64,000 bases of DNA from positions 218,193 through 282,192 of IMG/VR virus record IMGVR_UViG_3300042562_001598; one strand, written 5' to 3'. The notes under the pieces were generated by a model. The model was not told where the DNA came from. It did no database searches and saw only the letters and a program-made list of their open reading frames with translations. This document shows positions 19,493 through 30,449 of the stretch, piece by piece (the stretch's first letter is position 1; each line of letters begins with the position of its first letter). The position numbers were made by a program, and so were the translations under genes.

Positions 19493-20968
19493 TTAGTAAT
19501 CTGAATTTTTGATGTTTACAATCTGAAATTTAATCTGTCTTTTGTATGTGTTAATTTCACCACTACTTTCAACTTTGATATCCACATAATATTCATTAGG
19601 TATTTTATCTCTAGTATCAAATATAAAATTATATTCATCAGCGGTACGGTTTAGTTTTGTCCAATCTTGAACCTGAACTTCAACTTGACCTTCTCTAACA
19701 TATACTCTATAATATGCACGGATATTTGGTAATAATTTTTGAGTGGTATAAGCTTGTTTAATAACAACCCCCACTTTTCTAACATCCGTATTATAAATTT
19801 TTTCATCTTGTTTAATACCATAAAAATCAAATCCATATAATTTTGGGTCAACAGATGATGTACCAATTTGGATTGAATGTTTTAGTGGGTATATTGTAAA
19901 GTTATTTATCACATTAGGTAATGAAAACCCATTTAAAGTTAATCCAGACCAAATGTCTGAAAAAGTACAAGGAGTTTTATAACCAATAAGTGGTGGTATG
20001 GTGATTTCATACACACCTTTTGTTCTTCGGCAAGAAGTTAAACCGGTTAAACCAGGTATTAAAGTTCCGCTAGAATCTGATATGCTAACAGTCGGGTTAG
20101 TATCCAAATTAATAGGATTCCCATTATCGTATAGGTATAAATATAGTTTATTTATTTTACCTAATGTAAATGAATTTCTATCATCCTCAATTAGGTCATT
20201 GTAATTAGTTTCTAAAAATGGTTCGTAAAAAGTTTGAGTATGTCTAGTAAAAAACTGAACTTCATAATTTTCCGTTAAACCTGTTAAATTTTCAACTTGT
20301 GGTTTAAATGCGATACCCCATCCTGAAATATTAGGTAAAGTTCCATTTAACACATTATTAATTTCTTGGGTCATATCAAAACTAATGTTTTCATTACCAA
20401 ACTCAAAATGTTGTGTACCAACAATTGTTAAACCCGAATAAGGAACCACCCCAATATTTTTATTATTATAAATCCCGGGTGTAGTCCAAGAGTTTATTGT
20501 TGTTGTTGCGGACCAATTTGAAGGTCTTGTTGAATAATTTTTATCAATAGTTATTTCGTATTTTAAATCCGCGTAATCATAACCAACACCTTCATCCCAC
20601 AATTGGGGGGTTGTAACAACATTATTTATATAAGGAATTCTAAATAATATTAAATCAAATGATGTTGCTCTCATTCGTTGTTGAGAAGTGGTTGTGTTTA
20701 AACTTTCAATATCAAATGTTGAGGTATTAAACATTCTCAAGGTATGTTTTATATTGTTAGTACATCCCGTGGTTATTGTTCCATCTGAAATTTTTTGTTT
20801 TAATAAATCTAAATCTAAATTAAAAATAAAGCGACTATACCCATTTGGATATTGGGTTGTCGCTGTTGAACCATAAAATAATTCTGTAACCGGATTTCTC
20901 CCTGTATTACATAAACTATTTGATATAAGAGTATTGTTCCTATTAAAGTATGAATTGTTAATTGACAT
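19493..20968 (-). CDS. Putative virion structural protein (baseplate region)
   Basis: 491 aa, beta/Thr/Asn-rich; follows the gp5-like gene. Confidence 0.55.
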   Translation of the reverse strand: MSINNSYFNRNNTLISNSLCNTGRNPVTELFYGSTATTQYPNGYSRFIFNLDLDLLKQKISDGTITTGCTNNIKHTLRMFNTSTFDIESLNTTTSQQRMRATSFDLILFRIPYINNVVTTPQLWDEGVGYDYADLKYEITIDKNYSTRPSNWSATTTINSWTTPGIYNNKNIGVVPYSGLTIVGTQHFEFGNENISFDMTQEINNVLNGTLPNISGWGIAFKPQVENLTGLTENYEVQFFTRHTQTFYEPFLETNYNDLIEDDRNSFTLGKINKLYLYLYDNGNPINLDTNPTVSISDSSGTLIPGLTGLTSCRRTKGVYEITIPPLIGYKTPCTFSDIWSGLTLNGFSLPNVINNFTIYPLKHSIQIGTSSVDPKLYGFDFYGIKQDEKIYNTDVRKVGVVIKQAYTTQKLLPNIRAYYRVYVREGQVEVQVQDWTKLNRTADEYNFIFDTRDKIPNEYYVDIKVESSGEINTYKRQIKFQIVNIKNSDY

Positions 20969-20991
20969 AAATATCTTTTAACAATAAATAG

Positions 20992-22542
20992 TTAGTTTAT
21001 ACGAATATTGTTATTTAATATTGAATTTTCCGCGTTAGCTAATATTTGTTGTATTTCAGCACTTGTTTGACCATTACCTGAAGCTACAGGAACTGGTGGC
21101 ATTGTCGCTATAGGATGGACATGACCAGTTACAAACGAAAACATTTTTCTAAGTAATTTCATTAATTCATCACCTCTAACCGTTGGATAGGTTTTATTAT
21201 AAACACTATTCTCATCTCCAATAAATTTATCTTGGGGAATACCATACAAAGTATTGTTAATATCTATAGGACCTTTTGGACCAGTAGAATCATGTGAAAA
21301 TAGATAAATTTTTTGGCCACCTAAAACACTATATGTTATATCTTCATCTATAAATTCTGATGGTATTACAGTGTCGGTTTTTAATTCTGATTGAGACCCT
21401 ATTACAGGTTTTGAATTTTTATTTTCCCAAACTAAAAAAAAACCGGAATTTTTATCCGCTTGAGATAATTTTATTTTTTCAATAAATCCACTAAAATTAC
21501 TAGACTCATTGATATCATAATTAGAGTTTTGAAAATTAACGCCTTTTTCATAAGTTAATTTTGATGGTGTGACAATAAAAGGAAATACATCTTTTGTGTA
21601 ATTATTAGCGTTATTAAATGTAAAACCGGTTATATCCATAAACCCATTAAAAACACCAGATGTAAATTTATTAACTAAAGATACTACATCATCAAAGGAA
21701 TAACCATTAAATTTAAGTTCCTCTAAAGGACCTGTGTAATCACTACCAAAATCTAATTTAGTTATAGTGTCTGCGTTAAAATTACTAGTGTTAACTCTTT
21801 CACTTGGAATAACATTATAAAGCCCCACAGAACCATTAAACATCTGTTGAGTGTTTTCTAAATTATCAATATTCCAAATAACAATTTTCTTAACCACTTT
21901 AACTACCTCAACTAAATAGTTTTGACTTTCAGAAGATTGGTTAATTTTTTGTTGTGTGTAATTTGTTAATTGTAAAAAAGACCTTTTATTATTCCCAATA
22001 GGGAATTCATCTTTGTTTAATGTTTTTGTTTTACCAGCTCTAATTAAAACTTCATTATTTTTGACAATAACATCAGCAGTTCCTCTACCCAATAATGAAT
22101 TATCTCCAGGTTCTGGAAAAACACCATAACTAGAAATATTTCTATATTGACCAAATTTGTCCTTAAGAGACATACCTTGTTTAATTCTATCCCCAGACGC
22201 TAAAAATTTCTTAGCACCTTGATAATATTCAAAAGGTGTTGTCATAGGTGATGAAAATGGTCCTTGGATATAAAATTGACTACCGAATGGGAAATCTTTA
22301 TTCTGATATATTATATGAACATATTCATCTTTTAATGGGGTTTGATTAATATAAAAAGGTAATAATGGTAAAAACACTAAAGGGTCTCTAGATGTCCAAG
22401 AATCAATATCTTCATTCCAATTAGGGACGGACGCTAAAATATCCTTATAATTTTTAGTTTCAGGTATAACTCTCAAACGACCCAACATCATTGGGTCTTG
22501 ATTATCAATAACATGTCCAGGAAAAATTATTTGATTATCCAT
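20992..22542 (-). CDS. Baseplate hub/spike protein (gp5/gpV-like)
   Basis: N-terminal OB-fold G.V.D..DP..LGRLRV; C-terminal VRGDEL...HVHP HxH tip motif. Confidence 0.7.
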   Translation of the reverse strand: MDNQIIFPGHVIDNQDPMMLGRLRVIPETKNYKDILASVPNWNEDIDSWTSRDPLVFLPLLPFYINQTPLKDEYVHIIYQNKDFPFGSQFYIQGPFSSPMTTPFEYYQGAKKFLASGDRIKQGMSLKDKFGQYRNISSYGVFPEPGDNSLLGRGTADVIVKNNEVLIRAGKTKTLNKDEFPIGNNKRSFLQLTNYTQQKINQSSESQNYLVEVVKVVKKIVIWNIDNLENTQQMFNGSVGLYNVIPSERVNTSNFNADTITKLDFGSDYTGPLEELKFNGYSFDDVVSLVNKFTSGVFNGFMDITGFTFNNANNYTKDVFPFIVTPSKLTYEKGVNFQNSNYDINESSNFSGFIEKIKLSQADKNSGFFLVWENKNSKPVIGSQSELKTDTVIPSEFIDEDITYSVLGGQKIYLFSHDSTGPKGPIDINNTLYGIPQDKFIGDENSVYNKTYPTVRGDELMKLLRKMFSFVTGHVHPIATMPPVPVASGNGQTSAEIQQILANAENSILNNNIRIN

Positions 22543-22753
22543 TTTGTTTCGTTCTATTTTCGTATTCTTTTAAAATTAAATTATAAGTTATTTCTAACTT
22601 ATCTAAATGATGCGTTAAATTAACTAAACTATCTTTAGTTAATTTAAAGTCCTGTTGAATAAAGTCCATTACAAAAATTAAATCTTTATTAGATGAAGAT
22701 TTATAGTCTTTAATAATATTAATAACTTTTTCAGTTTGTTCTTGTTTTACCAT
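22535..22753 (-). CDS. Hypothetical protein
   Basis: 72-aa ORF coupled to neighbours. Confidence 0.6.
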   Translation of the reverse strand: MVKQEQTEKVINIIKDYKSSSNKDLIFVMDFIQQDFKLTKDSLVNLTHHLDKLEITYNLILKEYENRTKQNG

Positions 22754-22755
22754 AA

Positions 22756-24648
22756 TTATAATTTTTTACCGTAAGCACTTGTAGGCATAGTTCCCGCTGG
22801 TGTCACAGATAATACACCTAAAGCTATTTGTACTTTTCCATTTTCGGCTTCTTCTTTAGCCATTGCTTTCATTTGAGCGAATTTACTCAATACGTCCAAA
22901 TTAGGACTACCATCAGGCATTGAACCTGTGGGTACTCCCATTTTTTGTAATTCCTCTATCGTTCCCATAAAAGCTCTTGATTCAGAATAACCATCAAGTA
23001 ACTGTGTTGCGAATAATAAAGGTAACGGTATGTCAAAACCGGGGGTTGTTAATAAATTTAACAGACCTAATAATTCATCAATTACACTTTTACATTTTCG
23101 CCAATCACTAATGAACTTTGCAACAAGAAGTAATAACGATATTAACTTTAATATTATTATTAATCGTTTGTCCATTTTTTCTCTAATAATATCAGTAATA
23201 ATTACTTGTAATAATCTTTGAATATCTTTTTTTATTAGATTAAATAATTCCTCAACAAATAAAGCTCCAATTTTGGATATTAAGTTTATTGCAAATTTTT
23301 TAAACTGTTTAATAAATTCAACAAATGAATTTATGATATCAGAAATATTTTGACCTAAAGCTTTTAACATTGTAAAAATAGGTAAAAGTATTTTTGGTGA
23401 TAATAAAGCGGATATTAAACCTTGAGCAATTAATTTAACAAAATTTAAATCTACAGCGGCTTGAGCATTAATTGTAAGACCCCATTCTGGGTTATTAGCT
23501 AAAACATTAGTTAAATTATCCGCGGCGTCAACAAAATCTTCGTCTTTAACGAATTTTAAATTACTTAATTCACTTAAGATTGTATCATAATCAACAGGGA
23601 CTTTAATGTCATCACAACCCTCAAATTCAATAACACCATTTTTAATATTTGTTACTCTTTGGTCTATTTTTCTTAAATCAACATCCGTAAATTCAAAAAA
23701 AGATTCATCAATACCATCAAGTTCAGCTAATTTAGCAATACCACTTACATCAATTTCATTTCTCCCGTCAAAACAAAGTCCTAAAATTCTTTGAATTAAA
23801 ATATCTAATTTTGTTTGATTTTCAACATCTCCAAATCCAGCACTCGCTTTCATAGAAACAGCTCCAGACAACGCTTCCATAATATTAGTCATAATATTAT
23901 TAGCGTCAACAACTTTAATAGTTTTGTAATAGTCAGACATAAATTGACCAACTTTATTAACACCATTAACCCTATTAACTAAATCAACTTTATACCAAGG
24001 TCCTGTTTCACCAGCAGGAGTAGTTTCAACATATTGGATGTTAAATAAATCCTGTCCTGATAAACCTTTATAGTTTTTACCAGTATAATCAACATTATAA
24101 GGTTGACCAGATTGTATTCTTTGATATAACTCCCTGTTCATTGCGAAAGGGTATGTTTGTACATTTATCTGATTTTTTTCATATAAAACATCTCCAGGAC
24201 TTTCAGTCGGTTTTTTTTTAAGAAGATTTCCTAAATCAATAGAACTTACTTTAATATAGTGTGTTCCTCCAGCGTATAATTGTTGTTGGTCACAACCAAC
24301 AGCGTTTAACGATTCTTTTATTACAATACTAGATATTTTAGGTTCAATATTTTGTAGTGCTTTAATTAATAGTCTTTTAACATATTTTGTGGTATTACTA
24401 CCCTGACTAGAACTAGCTTGATTAATATCTAAAAGTTTTTCAAATTGGGTTTTAATTCCTTTTTGATAACTTTTAGTTTTATCTTTAATTTTATTTAATT
24501 GGTCAGTAACTTCTTTTTTATTTTTTTCAATAGAATCACCAATACCTTTTTTAGTGTCACTATATTGAGACTTTAACTCACCATAAGCTTTACTCGCTTC
24601 AATTTTACTTTGAGCTTTATTAAAGTCGTAGTTTATATCAAATCCCAT
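22756..24648 (-). CDS. Hypothetical protein, probably virion-associated, with hydrophobic C-terminal helices
   Basis: 630-aa ORF; LIIILKLISLLLLVAKF-type hydrophobic stretches. Confidence 0.6.
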   Translation of the reverse strand: MGFDINYDFNKAQSKIEASKAYGELKSQYSDTKKGIGDSIEKNKKEVTDQLNKIKDKTKSYQKGIKTQFEKLLDINQASSSQGSNTTKYVKRLLIKALQNIEPKISSIVIKESLNAVGCDQQQLYAGGTHYIKVSSIDLGNLLKKKPTESPGDVLYEKNQINVQTYPFAMNRELYQRIQSGQPYNVDYTGKNYKGLSGQDLFNIQYVETTPAGETGPWYKVDLVNRVNGVNKVGQFMSDYYKTIKVVDANNIMTNIMEALSGAVSMKASAGFGDVENQTKLDILIQRILGLCFDGRNEIDVSGIAKLAELDGIDESFFEFTDVDLRKIDQRVTNIKNGVIEFEGCDDIKVPVDYDTILSELSNLKFVKDEDFVDAADNLTNVLANNPEWGLTINAQAAVDLNFVKLIAQGLISALLSPKILLPIFTMLKALGQNISDIINSFVEFIKQFKKFAINLISKIGALFVEELFNLIKKDIQRLLQVIITDIIREKMDKRLIIILKLISLLLLVAKFISDWRKCKSVIDELLGLLNLLTTPGFDIPLPLLFATQLLDGYSESRAFMGTIEELQKMGVPTGSMPDGSPNLDVLSKFAQMKAMAKEEAENGKVQIALGVLSVTPAGTMPTSAYGKKL

Positions 24649-24651
24649 ATA

Positions 24652-25029
24652 TTATTGTTTTTTAATTTTATATATGTCATCAGAATTTGAAACATCCTTA
24701 TCTATTAAATTTTTAAGAGTTTCGTCATCAACACCCAAATCCAAGATAGAAAAACTTTCTTGATTATTATTAGATTTTTCCCACATACTAGACTGTAGTT
24801 TAGATAATGTTAATTTTTTTTCAACACAATCATTGATGATTTTTTGTTGTTTCTCAATGACAGGACCAATAAGAGTCATATCTTCAGGGTCCTTCATCAT
24901 TGTCAACATTTTATTTTGAATTCTAATCGCGGTATTTCTTTGTTCAACAAGTTCATTGTAAATCTCTTGCATAAGAGATAACATAGAATCTTTAGTTAAA
25001 TTAATTTCTTTTTTTTTCGGTCTTCCCAT
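24652..25029 (-). CDS. Hypothetical coiled-coil protein
   Basis: 125-aa helical ORF in operon. Confidence 0.6.
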   Translation of the reverse strand: MGRPKKKEINLTKDSMLSLMQEIYNELVEQRNTAIRIQNKMLTMMKDPEDMTLIGPVIEKQQKIINDCVEKKLTLSKLQSSMWEKSNNNQESFSILDLGVDDETLKNLIDKDVSNSDDIYKIKKQ

Positions 25030-25084
25030 AATATATAATTACTTACTACTTAATTTATTTTTTAATAATTAAAATTAATTCGTT

Positions 25085-25834
25085 TTATTTAACCATATTT
25101 TGAATTAAATCATAATACATATATTTGTATCGTTTCATCGAACCTCTTACCTCTTTGGTTGTTAAATTTGTCATTTCTCTTAATGACAATAAAATAATAT
25201 TTTTATTAAATTTATTATTATCATTACCAATAAATATTTGTTCATAGTTACCAAAAATATCATATAAAGCTTGACCTAACTTAACTTCATTTTCTGTTAA
25301 GTTATTGTTTTTAAGTGTTGTATCTAACTCTAATAAGAATTTTGCAATAACATTTCCGGAATCTAAAGAATCGTTCTCAATACTATATGAAAACATTTCA
25401 TCATTTTCTATACTTGATGAAATGTCCTCATAAGAAATTTTTCTATTAGTCTCCTTTTGGTCTTTAATAATTTGTCCCATTAAGTAATTCTTACAAATGG
25501 TTCCAAAATAAGAATACGCCTTTTTTTCCTTGTCCGGTTTAAACTTATCTATTTTAGTCATTAAAAACGAGTGAGTATCTACATGAATATCATTGAAATC
25601 CATATCTTTTCTGTATAATTTGTATCGTCTAATAATTGACGATATCATCTTATCTAAAGGTTTTTTTAAAAAATCGTTATAAATTTTATTTTTTTCTTCA
25701 TATGTTTTAGCATTTAGAAAATCTATAACTGCCAACTCTTCCCTAATATCAAAATAGTTAGTTTGAGTTGGCTTTCTACCTTTCTTTTTTAACTCAACAA
25801 TTGTTATACCTGTCAAATTAATTTCAAGATTCAT
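25085..25834 (-). CDS. Late-transcription sigma factor (T4 gp55-like)
   Basis: KIDKFKPDKEKKAYSYFGTICKNYL resembles the gp55/sigma region 2 motif F.P.K....F.YF..I. Confidence 0.65.
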   Translation of the reverse strand: MNLEINLTGITIVELKKKGRKPTQTNYFDIREELAVIDFLNAKTYEEKNKIYNDFLKKPLDKMISSIIRRYKLYRKDMDFNDIHVDTHSFLMTKIDKFKPDKEKKAYSYFGTICKNYLMGQIIKDQKETNRKISYEDISSSIENDEMFSYSIENDSLDSGNVIAKFLLELDTTLKNNNLTENEVKLGQALYDIFGNYEQIFIGNDNNKFNKNIILLSLREMTNLTTKEVRGSMKRYKYMYYDLIQNMVK

Positions 25835-26658
25835 TAAACTTCTTGTGGTTCGTAACTTAACGACCTGTCATTTGTGAAGAAGTATTCTTTTTTGGCTGAA
25901 TCAATCCAAAATTTAACTTCGTCATTGGTTAATGTGGTTTCACCATTTTTATAATTCCAAAAAATAGAACCTTGTCTTAAATTAACATGCTTGTATCCAA
26001 TTCTTGGGATAGACATAATCTTAACAGCATTATGTGTTAATCTCAATAAAAATTCATATCCAAAAGTTAATTTAAAAGATGATTTTAATTTTCCAAATTC
26101 AAGGAAAGTTTCTTTCTTAATTACCATTCCAGATGTTTGGAAATTTTGATAATCGTGTAAAGTTTCATTAGTTAAAATACCCATTTCAGATGTAAAGTTA
26201 GCTGCGAATGTTGCTTCATTTGTAAATCCAGCAAAAACACCTTTCTCGTCCGTATCAATTACAACTGGTAAAAATACAGATACTTCAGGGTAAGCTTCGG
26301 AATATTTAACAACATTTTTAACCCAAATATTTGAATATTCATCATCAAATTCAAACAATGTAACCCATTTAGAGGTTGCTAAACTAACTCCGTGGTTAAT
26401 TTGGTCAGCATAATTAGGTTCATTAGTCCATTCATGTTTAACAACATTTAAATCACCAAAATTAAAATTATTAAGGTAATCGACTAAATAAGTTTCATTA
26501 GTATGAACAATAACAAGTTCGTTTATCGCAACTTTTTGAGTTTTTAATGACTCAATACATTTTTCAAAGTAATCTACAAATCCAATAGTTTTACCTGATT
26601 TTATTGGTAATATAACCGAAATACTAAAAGTGTTTTTATTTTCCATATTATTCTTCAA
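25834..26658 (-). CDS. GT-A fold glycosyltransferase (GT2-like)
   Basis: ISVILPI, C.ESL..Q, IN.G....SKWV.LFEFDDE. Confidence 0.75.
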   Translation of the reverse strand: MKNNMENKNTFSISVILPIKSGKTIGFVDYFEKCIESLKTQKVAINELVIVHTNETYLVDYLNNFNFGDLNVVKHEWTNEPNYADQINHGVSLATSKWVTLFEFDDEYSNIWVKNVVKYSEAYPEVSVFLPVVIDTDEKGVFAGFTNEATFAANFTSEMGILTNETLHDYQNFQTSGMVIKKETFLEFGKLKSSFKLTFGYEFLLRLTHNAVKIMSIPRIGYKHVNLRQGSIFWNYKNGETTLTNDEVKFWIDSAKKEYFFTNDRSLSYEPQEV

Positions 26659-27709
26659 TTGTGTTTAGTTTAGGTAATTGTTCTTCAAATGAGTTTAATC
26701 TTGTTGAAATATAACCCTCAAATAAAGTAACCACTTGTTTATTAAAATTTTCAGTTGTTGGTAAATTCTCAACAGTTTTTAACATTTCAGTTTCCAACTC
26801 TTCATTTACATTATCTTCTAACCAATTTTGTAAAAAGTCAGCAATATAATCAACCATTTGATTTTTATTATTAATCCAAACTCCGTTAGTTTCTGTCATC
26901 CATTCCGGTACTAAATTAGGTGCTAAACCTAAAACAGGAACATTTGATTTCATTGATTCTAATGGGTAAGTACCATAACCACTTGTTTCATCAATCCATA
27001 CAGATAAGAAACATTCGTTAAGAGCTCCAGCAAATTCTTTTTCAGATAAACCTCTCATATCTCTAAAAGTTATCCATCTATATTGTGGAAATTTAATATA
27101 AAAAGCTTTAATTACATTAATAGAATCTCTTTGTTCTCTTGAATGAATAGCAATCATTGGTTTTGCAGGTAGAGTATGTGGTTTGAAACTGTCAGAAATA
27201 ACAGGTTCTAAAATATCAAAAGAAACATTTCTCATAACATTCTCAATAAATTCTTTTTGTTTTGCGGATGTTGTAATACATTTAAAGAAACCTAATTGAG
27301 ACCATGTTTGTCCTGGTTGTAATGTTTCTAAAATATGGTCGTAAGCTTGACATAATACAATTTTACCACAAGGTAATTTTGAAATTTGTTCCATTATAAA
27401 ACCATAAAGTTCAGGTAAAACAATAAAATCTTCCGGAGAAACTTCCAAGTTTTGTCCTTCAATTGCTGTATGAGGTAGTTCCATATACTCAGTTCCTAAC
27501 CATTCACCAACACCTACATAATCCGGTTTTTCGTGCAACATAATAGGGTTGTAACCATTATTTTTTAACGCCATAGCTAATTTGTAGATATAGGTTAAAG
27601 ACGCTTTTGCGTTTCCTTTAGTGTCTTGAACTAGAAGATAAATCCTTGATTTCTTATTCTTCATGTTTTCAATTGACAATTCTAATTTTGAAATTTGTTC
27701 TTGTGTCAT
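26648..27709 (-). CDS. GT-B fold glycosyltransferase (GT4-like)
   Basis: FIVLPE; SGYGTYPLESM..NVPV resembles the GT4 E-x7-E region. Confidence 0.7.
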   Translation of the reverse strand: MTQEQISKLELSIENMKNKKSRIYLLVQDTKGNAKASLTYIYKLAMALKNNGYNPIMLHEKPDYVGVGEWLGTEYMELPHTAIEGQNLEVSPEDFIVLPELYGFIMEQISKLPCGKIVLCQAYDHILETLQPGQTWSQLGFFKCITTSAKQKEFIENVMRNVSFDILEPVISDSFKPHTLPAKPMIAIHSREQRDSINVIKAFYIKFPQYRWITFRDMRGLSEKEFAGALNECFLSVWIDETSGYGTYPLESMKSNVPVLGLAPNLVPEWMTETNGVWINNKNQMVDYIADFLQNWLEDNVNEELETEMLKTVENLPTTENFNKQVVTLFEGYISTRLNSFEEQLPKLNTIEE

Positions 27710-27715
27710 TTTTAG

Positions 27716-27988
27716 TTAATATTTATTTATTAATTTTTTATTTAATAGTGTGTTAAACGCTAACTTGAAGGGAATAGATAATTCATTACTTTTAACACCT
27801 AAATTTTCGTCAATCTCATCACTTTCAGTCATGATTACCTCTAACATTAATTTTACCGTTTCATATTTGATAATACTAATATGATTAACATCCGTATCTC
27901 CAGTAAATTTTACGTCTTGTTTAACCTGTAAATATTCATCAACTTTATCTAAATCAATAAAATAATGTTCGTTTAAAATTTTTAACAT
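27716..27988 (-). CDS. Hypothetical protein
   Basis: 90-aa ORF overlapping the upstream gene's stop. Confidence 0.6.
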   Translation of the reverse strand: MLKILNEHYFIDLDKVDEYLQVKQDVKFTGDTDVNHISIIKYETVKLMLEVIMTESDEIDENLGVKSNELSIPFKLAFNTLLNKKLINKY

Positions 27989-28584
27989 TTTGTTATTTCT
28001 TTAATTTTTTCACTCAATTCAATTATTGAAGTTATTGTATGAGTGGAGTTTATTTCCTTATTATATTCTGTCTCAAATTTTATGACTTTTTTATTTTCAG
28101 GATATTCTAATAATAAGTCAGGATTTGATGTAAGTAAAACATCAATTTCATCCCACATAGAATTAATTGTTAAATTACTGTAAAATTTTACTTTTTCTAA
28201 TTGACACCCAAATTTAGATAAGAAAAACAACGATGCAGGTTTAGATTTTCCTATCTCATCCGAAACAACACAAAAGTCGTGTTCGTCTCTTAATTGGACA
28301 TAAATATCATTTAAGGTGTTAAATGTTGCGTATTCTGTTGATTGTGAATGGCCAAATATTTCCATAGGGAATTCTTCATATAAGAATGAATATAACTCAT
28401 CATCATCAACAAAAGTAAAATGATTTTGTAAATTTAACGAATTCACTGGGGTTGTTATTTCATACTTAAAAGTGTCTGAATCTTCAAGGCCTTCAGTCTT
28501 ATCAATCATAAATTTTTGATAAGTTTGCTCAATCTTATCTAAAGTATTTCGTAATACTCCATTAATTTCAATACCTATTCTCAT
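27982..28584 (-). CDS. HAD/NT5C-like protein with degenerate motif I
   Basis: MRIGIEINGVLR parallels IGIDIDGVL; YNK motif near C-terminus. Confidence 0.6.
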   Translation of the reverse strand: MRIGIEINGVLRNTLDKIEQTYQKFMIDKTEGLEDSDTFKYEITTPVNSLNLQNHFTFVDDDELYSFLYEEFPMEIFGHSQSTEYATFNTLNDIYVQLRDEHDFCVVSDEIGKSKPASLFFLSKFGCQLEKVKFYSNLTINSMWDEIDVLLTSNPDLLLEYPENKKVIKFETEYNKEINSTHTITSIIELSEKIKEITKC

Positions 28585-28659
28585 TGTTAATTTTTTATAT
28601 TTAATGAATAAATGAATAGTTTTTTTAATAAAATTTTCAGATATTAATGTTAATATAAT

Positions 28660-28695
28660 AAAAAAACCCCATAAATCAAGTAGCTATGGGGTTTT
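28660..28695 (-). terminator. Terminator downstream of phoH
   Basis: AAAAAACCCCATA...TATGGGGTTTT. Confidence 0.7.
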
Positions 28696-28711
28696 AAATA
28701 ATAAAAATATT

Positions 28712-29452
28712 TTATTGTTCTTCGTATTTTGTTAATATTTTACTGATTAATGGGTTTCTAACGATATCTTTTTTATCTTTGAACTCAAAAACTGCGATTG
28801 AATCGTTATCTCTAAATTTATCAATTGCGTCCCATAAACCACTTTGTTTTTTATCTCTATACTTATCGGATTGTTCAATATCTCCGGAGATAAAAAATTT
28901 ACTATTGTAACCAATTCTAGTTAATAATAATTTCATTTGACTTGGTGACGCATTTTGACCTTCTTCAAATAATAGTATTGAATTATCAATATTCATTCCT
29001 CTCATAAATGCTAAAGCAAAAACTTCAATAACTTCAATCTCTTTAAGTTTTTCTCTATTTTCCTTTCCAATGATTTTATTTAATAAATAATATGATGGGA
29101 AAATATAAGGGTCCAATTTTTCTTCAACATTACCAGGAAGACTTCCTAATTTTTCTTCTGCTTCTACAGCTGGTCTAACAATGATAATTTTTTCATAAGG
29201 ACTCGTTGGGTCGGCAATCAAATCAACGGCTGCCTTCATAGTTATATAACTTTTTCCAACACCGGCTGGACCTGAACATATTGTTATTTCATTCTCTATT
29301 AATGTTTCATAATATCGTTTTTGATTTTCAGTTAAAAACTTGTCTTTAGTTCTTCGTTTTATTATTTGAGCAATCAATTCTTTTTTGTTAACAATTTTTT
29401 TAGGTTCATCATTTGATGGTCCTTGTTGAGTCGGCTTTTTAGCTCTTGTCAT
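28712..29452 (-). CDS. phoH: PhoH family ATPase (likely start MTRAKK)
   Basis: GPAGVGKS, RPAVEAEEKLGSLPG, AFMRG, EGQN, LTRIG, GDIEQSD, DIVRNPL. Confidence 0.95.
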   Translation of the reverse strand: MTRAKKPTQQGPSNDEPKKIVNKKELIAQIIKRRTKDKFLTENQKRYYETLIENEITICSGPAGVGKSYITMKAAVDLIADPTSPYEKIIIVRPAVEAEEKLGSLPGNVEEKLDPYIFPSYYLLNKIIGKENREKLKEIEVIEVFALAFMRGMNIDNSILLFEEGQNASPSQMKLLLTRIGYNSKFFISGDIEQSDKYRDKKQSGLWDAIDKFRDNDSIAVFEFKDKKDIVRNPLISKILTKYEEQ

Positions 29453-29462
29453 AATTTTTAGT

Positions 29463-30449
29463 TTAAGTTTTATAAACATTCAACCAATACTCTACCATTT
29501 CATCTAACATACTCTCAAAAGTATAATCGTGAGACCATCCGGTCGTATTGATTAATTTGGTTGAATCGCCTTTAAGATTATGAAGTTCTTCAGGTCTTAA
29601 AAACTTTTCATCTTGTTTAACATAAATAGTCCAATCTAAATTTAATTTATTAAAAACATACTCACATAAATCTTTTACTGAATGAGAAATACCTGTTGAA
29701 CATACATAATCGTCAGGTTTATCCAATTGTAGAATTTCCCACATCGCTTTAACATAGTCCTTCGCATGACCCCAATCTCTGGTTGCATCTAAATTACCTA
29801 ATTTTAATTCATTAGATAATCCGAGTTTAATTTTTACCGCTTCCTTACATACTTTATTTGTAACAAAATTCGTACCTCTTCTTGGTGATTCGTGATTAAA
29901 TAATATCCCGTTTGAGATAAACATTCCGTAGGAATTTCTATAGTTTCTACAAATGTTATAACTAAAAACCTTTGCACAACCATAAGGCGATACTGGATTA
30001 AGGGGTGTTGTTTCTCTTTGGAAACCGTCAGAATCTATTGAATTACCGAACATCTCTGAAGATGAGGCTTGGTATATCTTCGTATTTGGTTTAATTAATT
30101 TAACGGCTTCTAATATATTTAGGGTTCCAATTCCTGTGACATTAGCGGTATATAATGGCTGGTCAAATGAAATTCTAACATGTGATTGAGCAGCTAGATT
30201 ATATATTTCATCGGGTTGTGATTCTTGTATTACACGTATTAATGATGCTAAATCTGTTAAATCAGCATAGTGTAACTTAAGTTTATCATAAACATTATTT
30301 AATCTTGAAGTCTGATTTTCAGAAACAGAATTTCGTTTTAATGTTCCGTGAACTTCATATCCTTTCTCAAGTAATAATTCAGATAGGTAGGACCCATCTT
30401 GACCATTAATCCCAAATATTAGGGCGATTTTATTTTCGTATATTTTCAT
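29463..30449 (-). CDS. gmd: GDP-mannose 4,6-dehydratase
   Basis: GINGQDGSYL, YNLAAQSHV, YQASSSE, SPYG.AK, GILFNHESPRRG, RDWGHAKDY. Confidence 0.97.
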   Translation of the reverse strand: MKIYENKIALIFGINGQDGSYLSELLLEKGYEVHGTLKRNSVSENQTSRLNNVYDKLKLHYADLTDLASLIRVIQESQPDEIYNLAAQSHVRISFDQPLYTANVTGIGTLNILEAVKLIKPNTKIYQASSSEMFGNSIDSDGFQRETTPLNPVSPYGCAKVFSYNICRNYRNSYGMFISNGILFNHESPRRGTNFVTNKVCKEAVKIKLGLSNELKLGNLDATRDWGHAKDYVKAMWEILQLDKPDDYVCSTGISHSVKDLCEYVFNKLNLDWTIYVKQDEKFLRPEELHNLKGDSTKLINTTGWSHDYTFESMLDEMVEYWLNVYKT

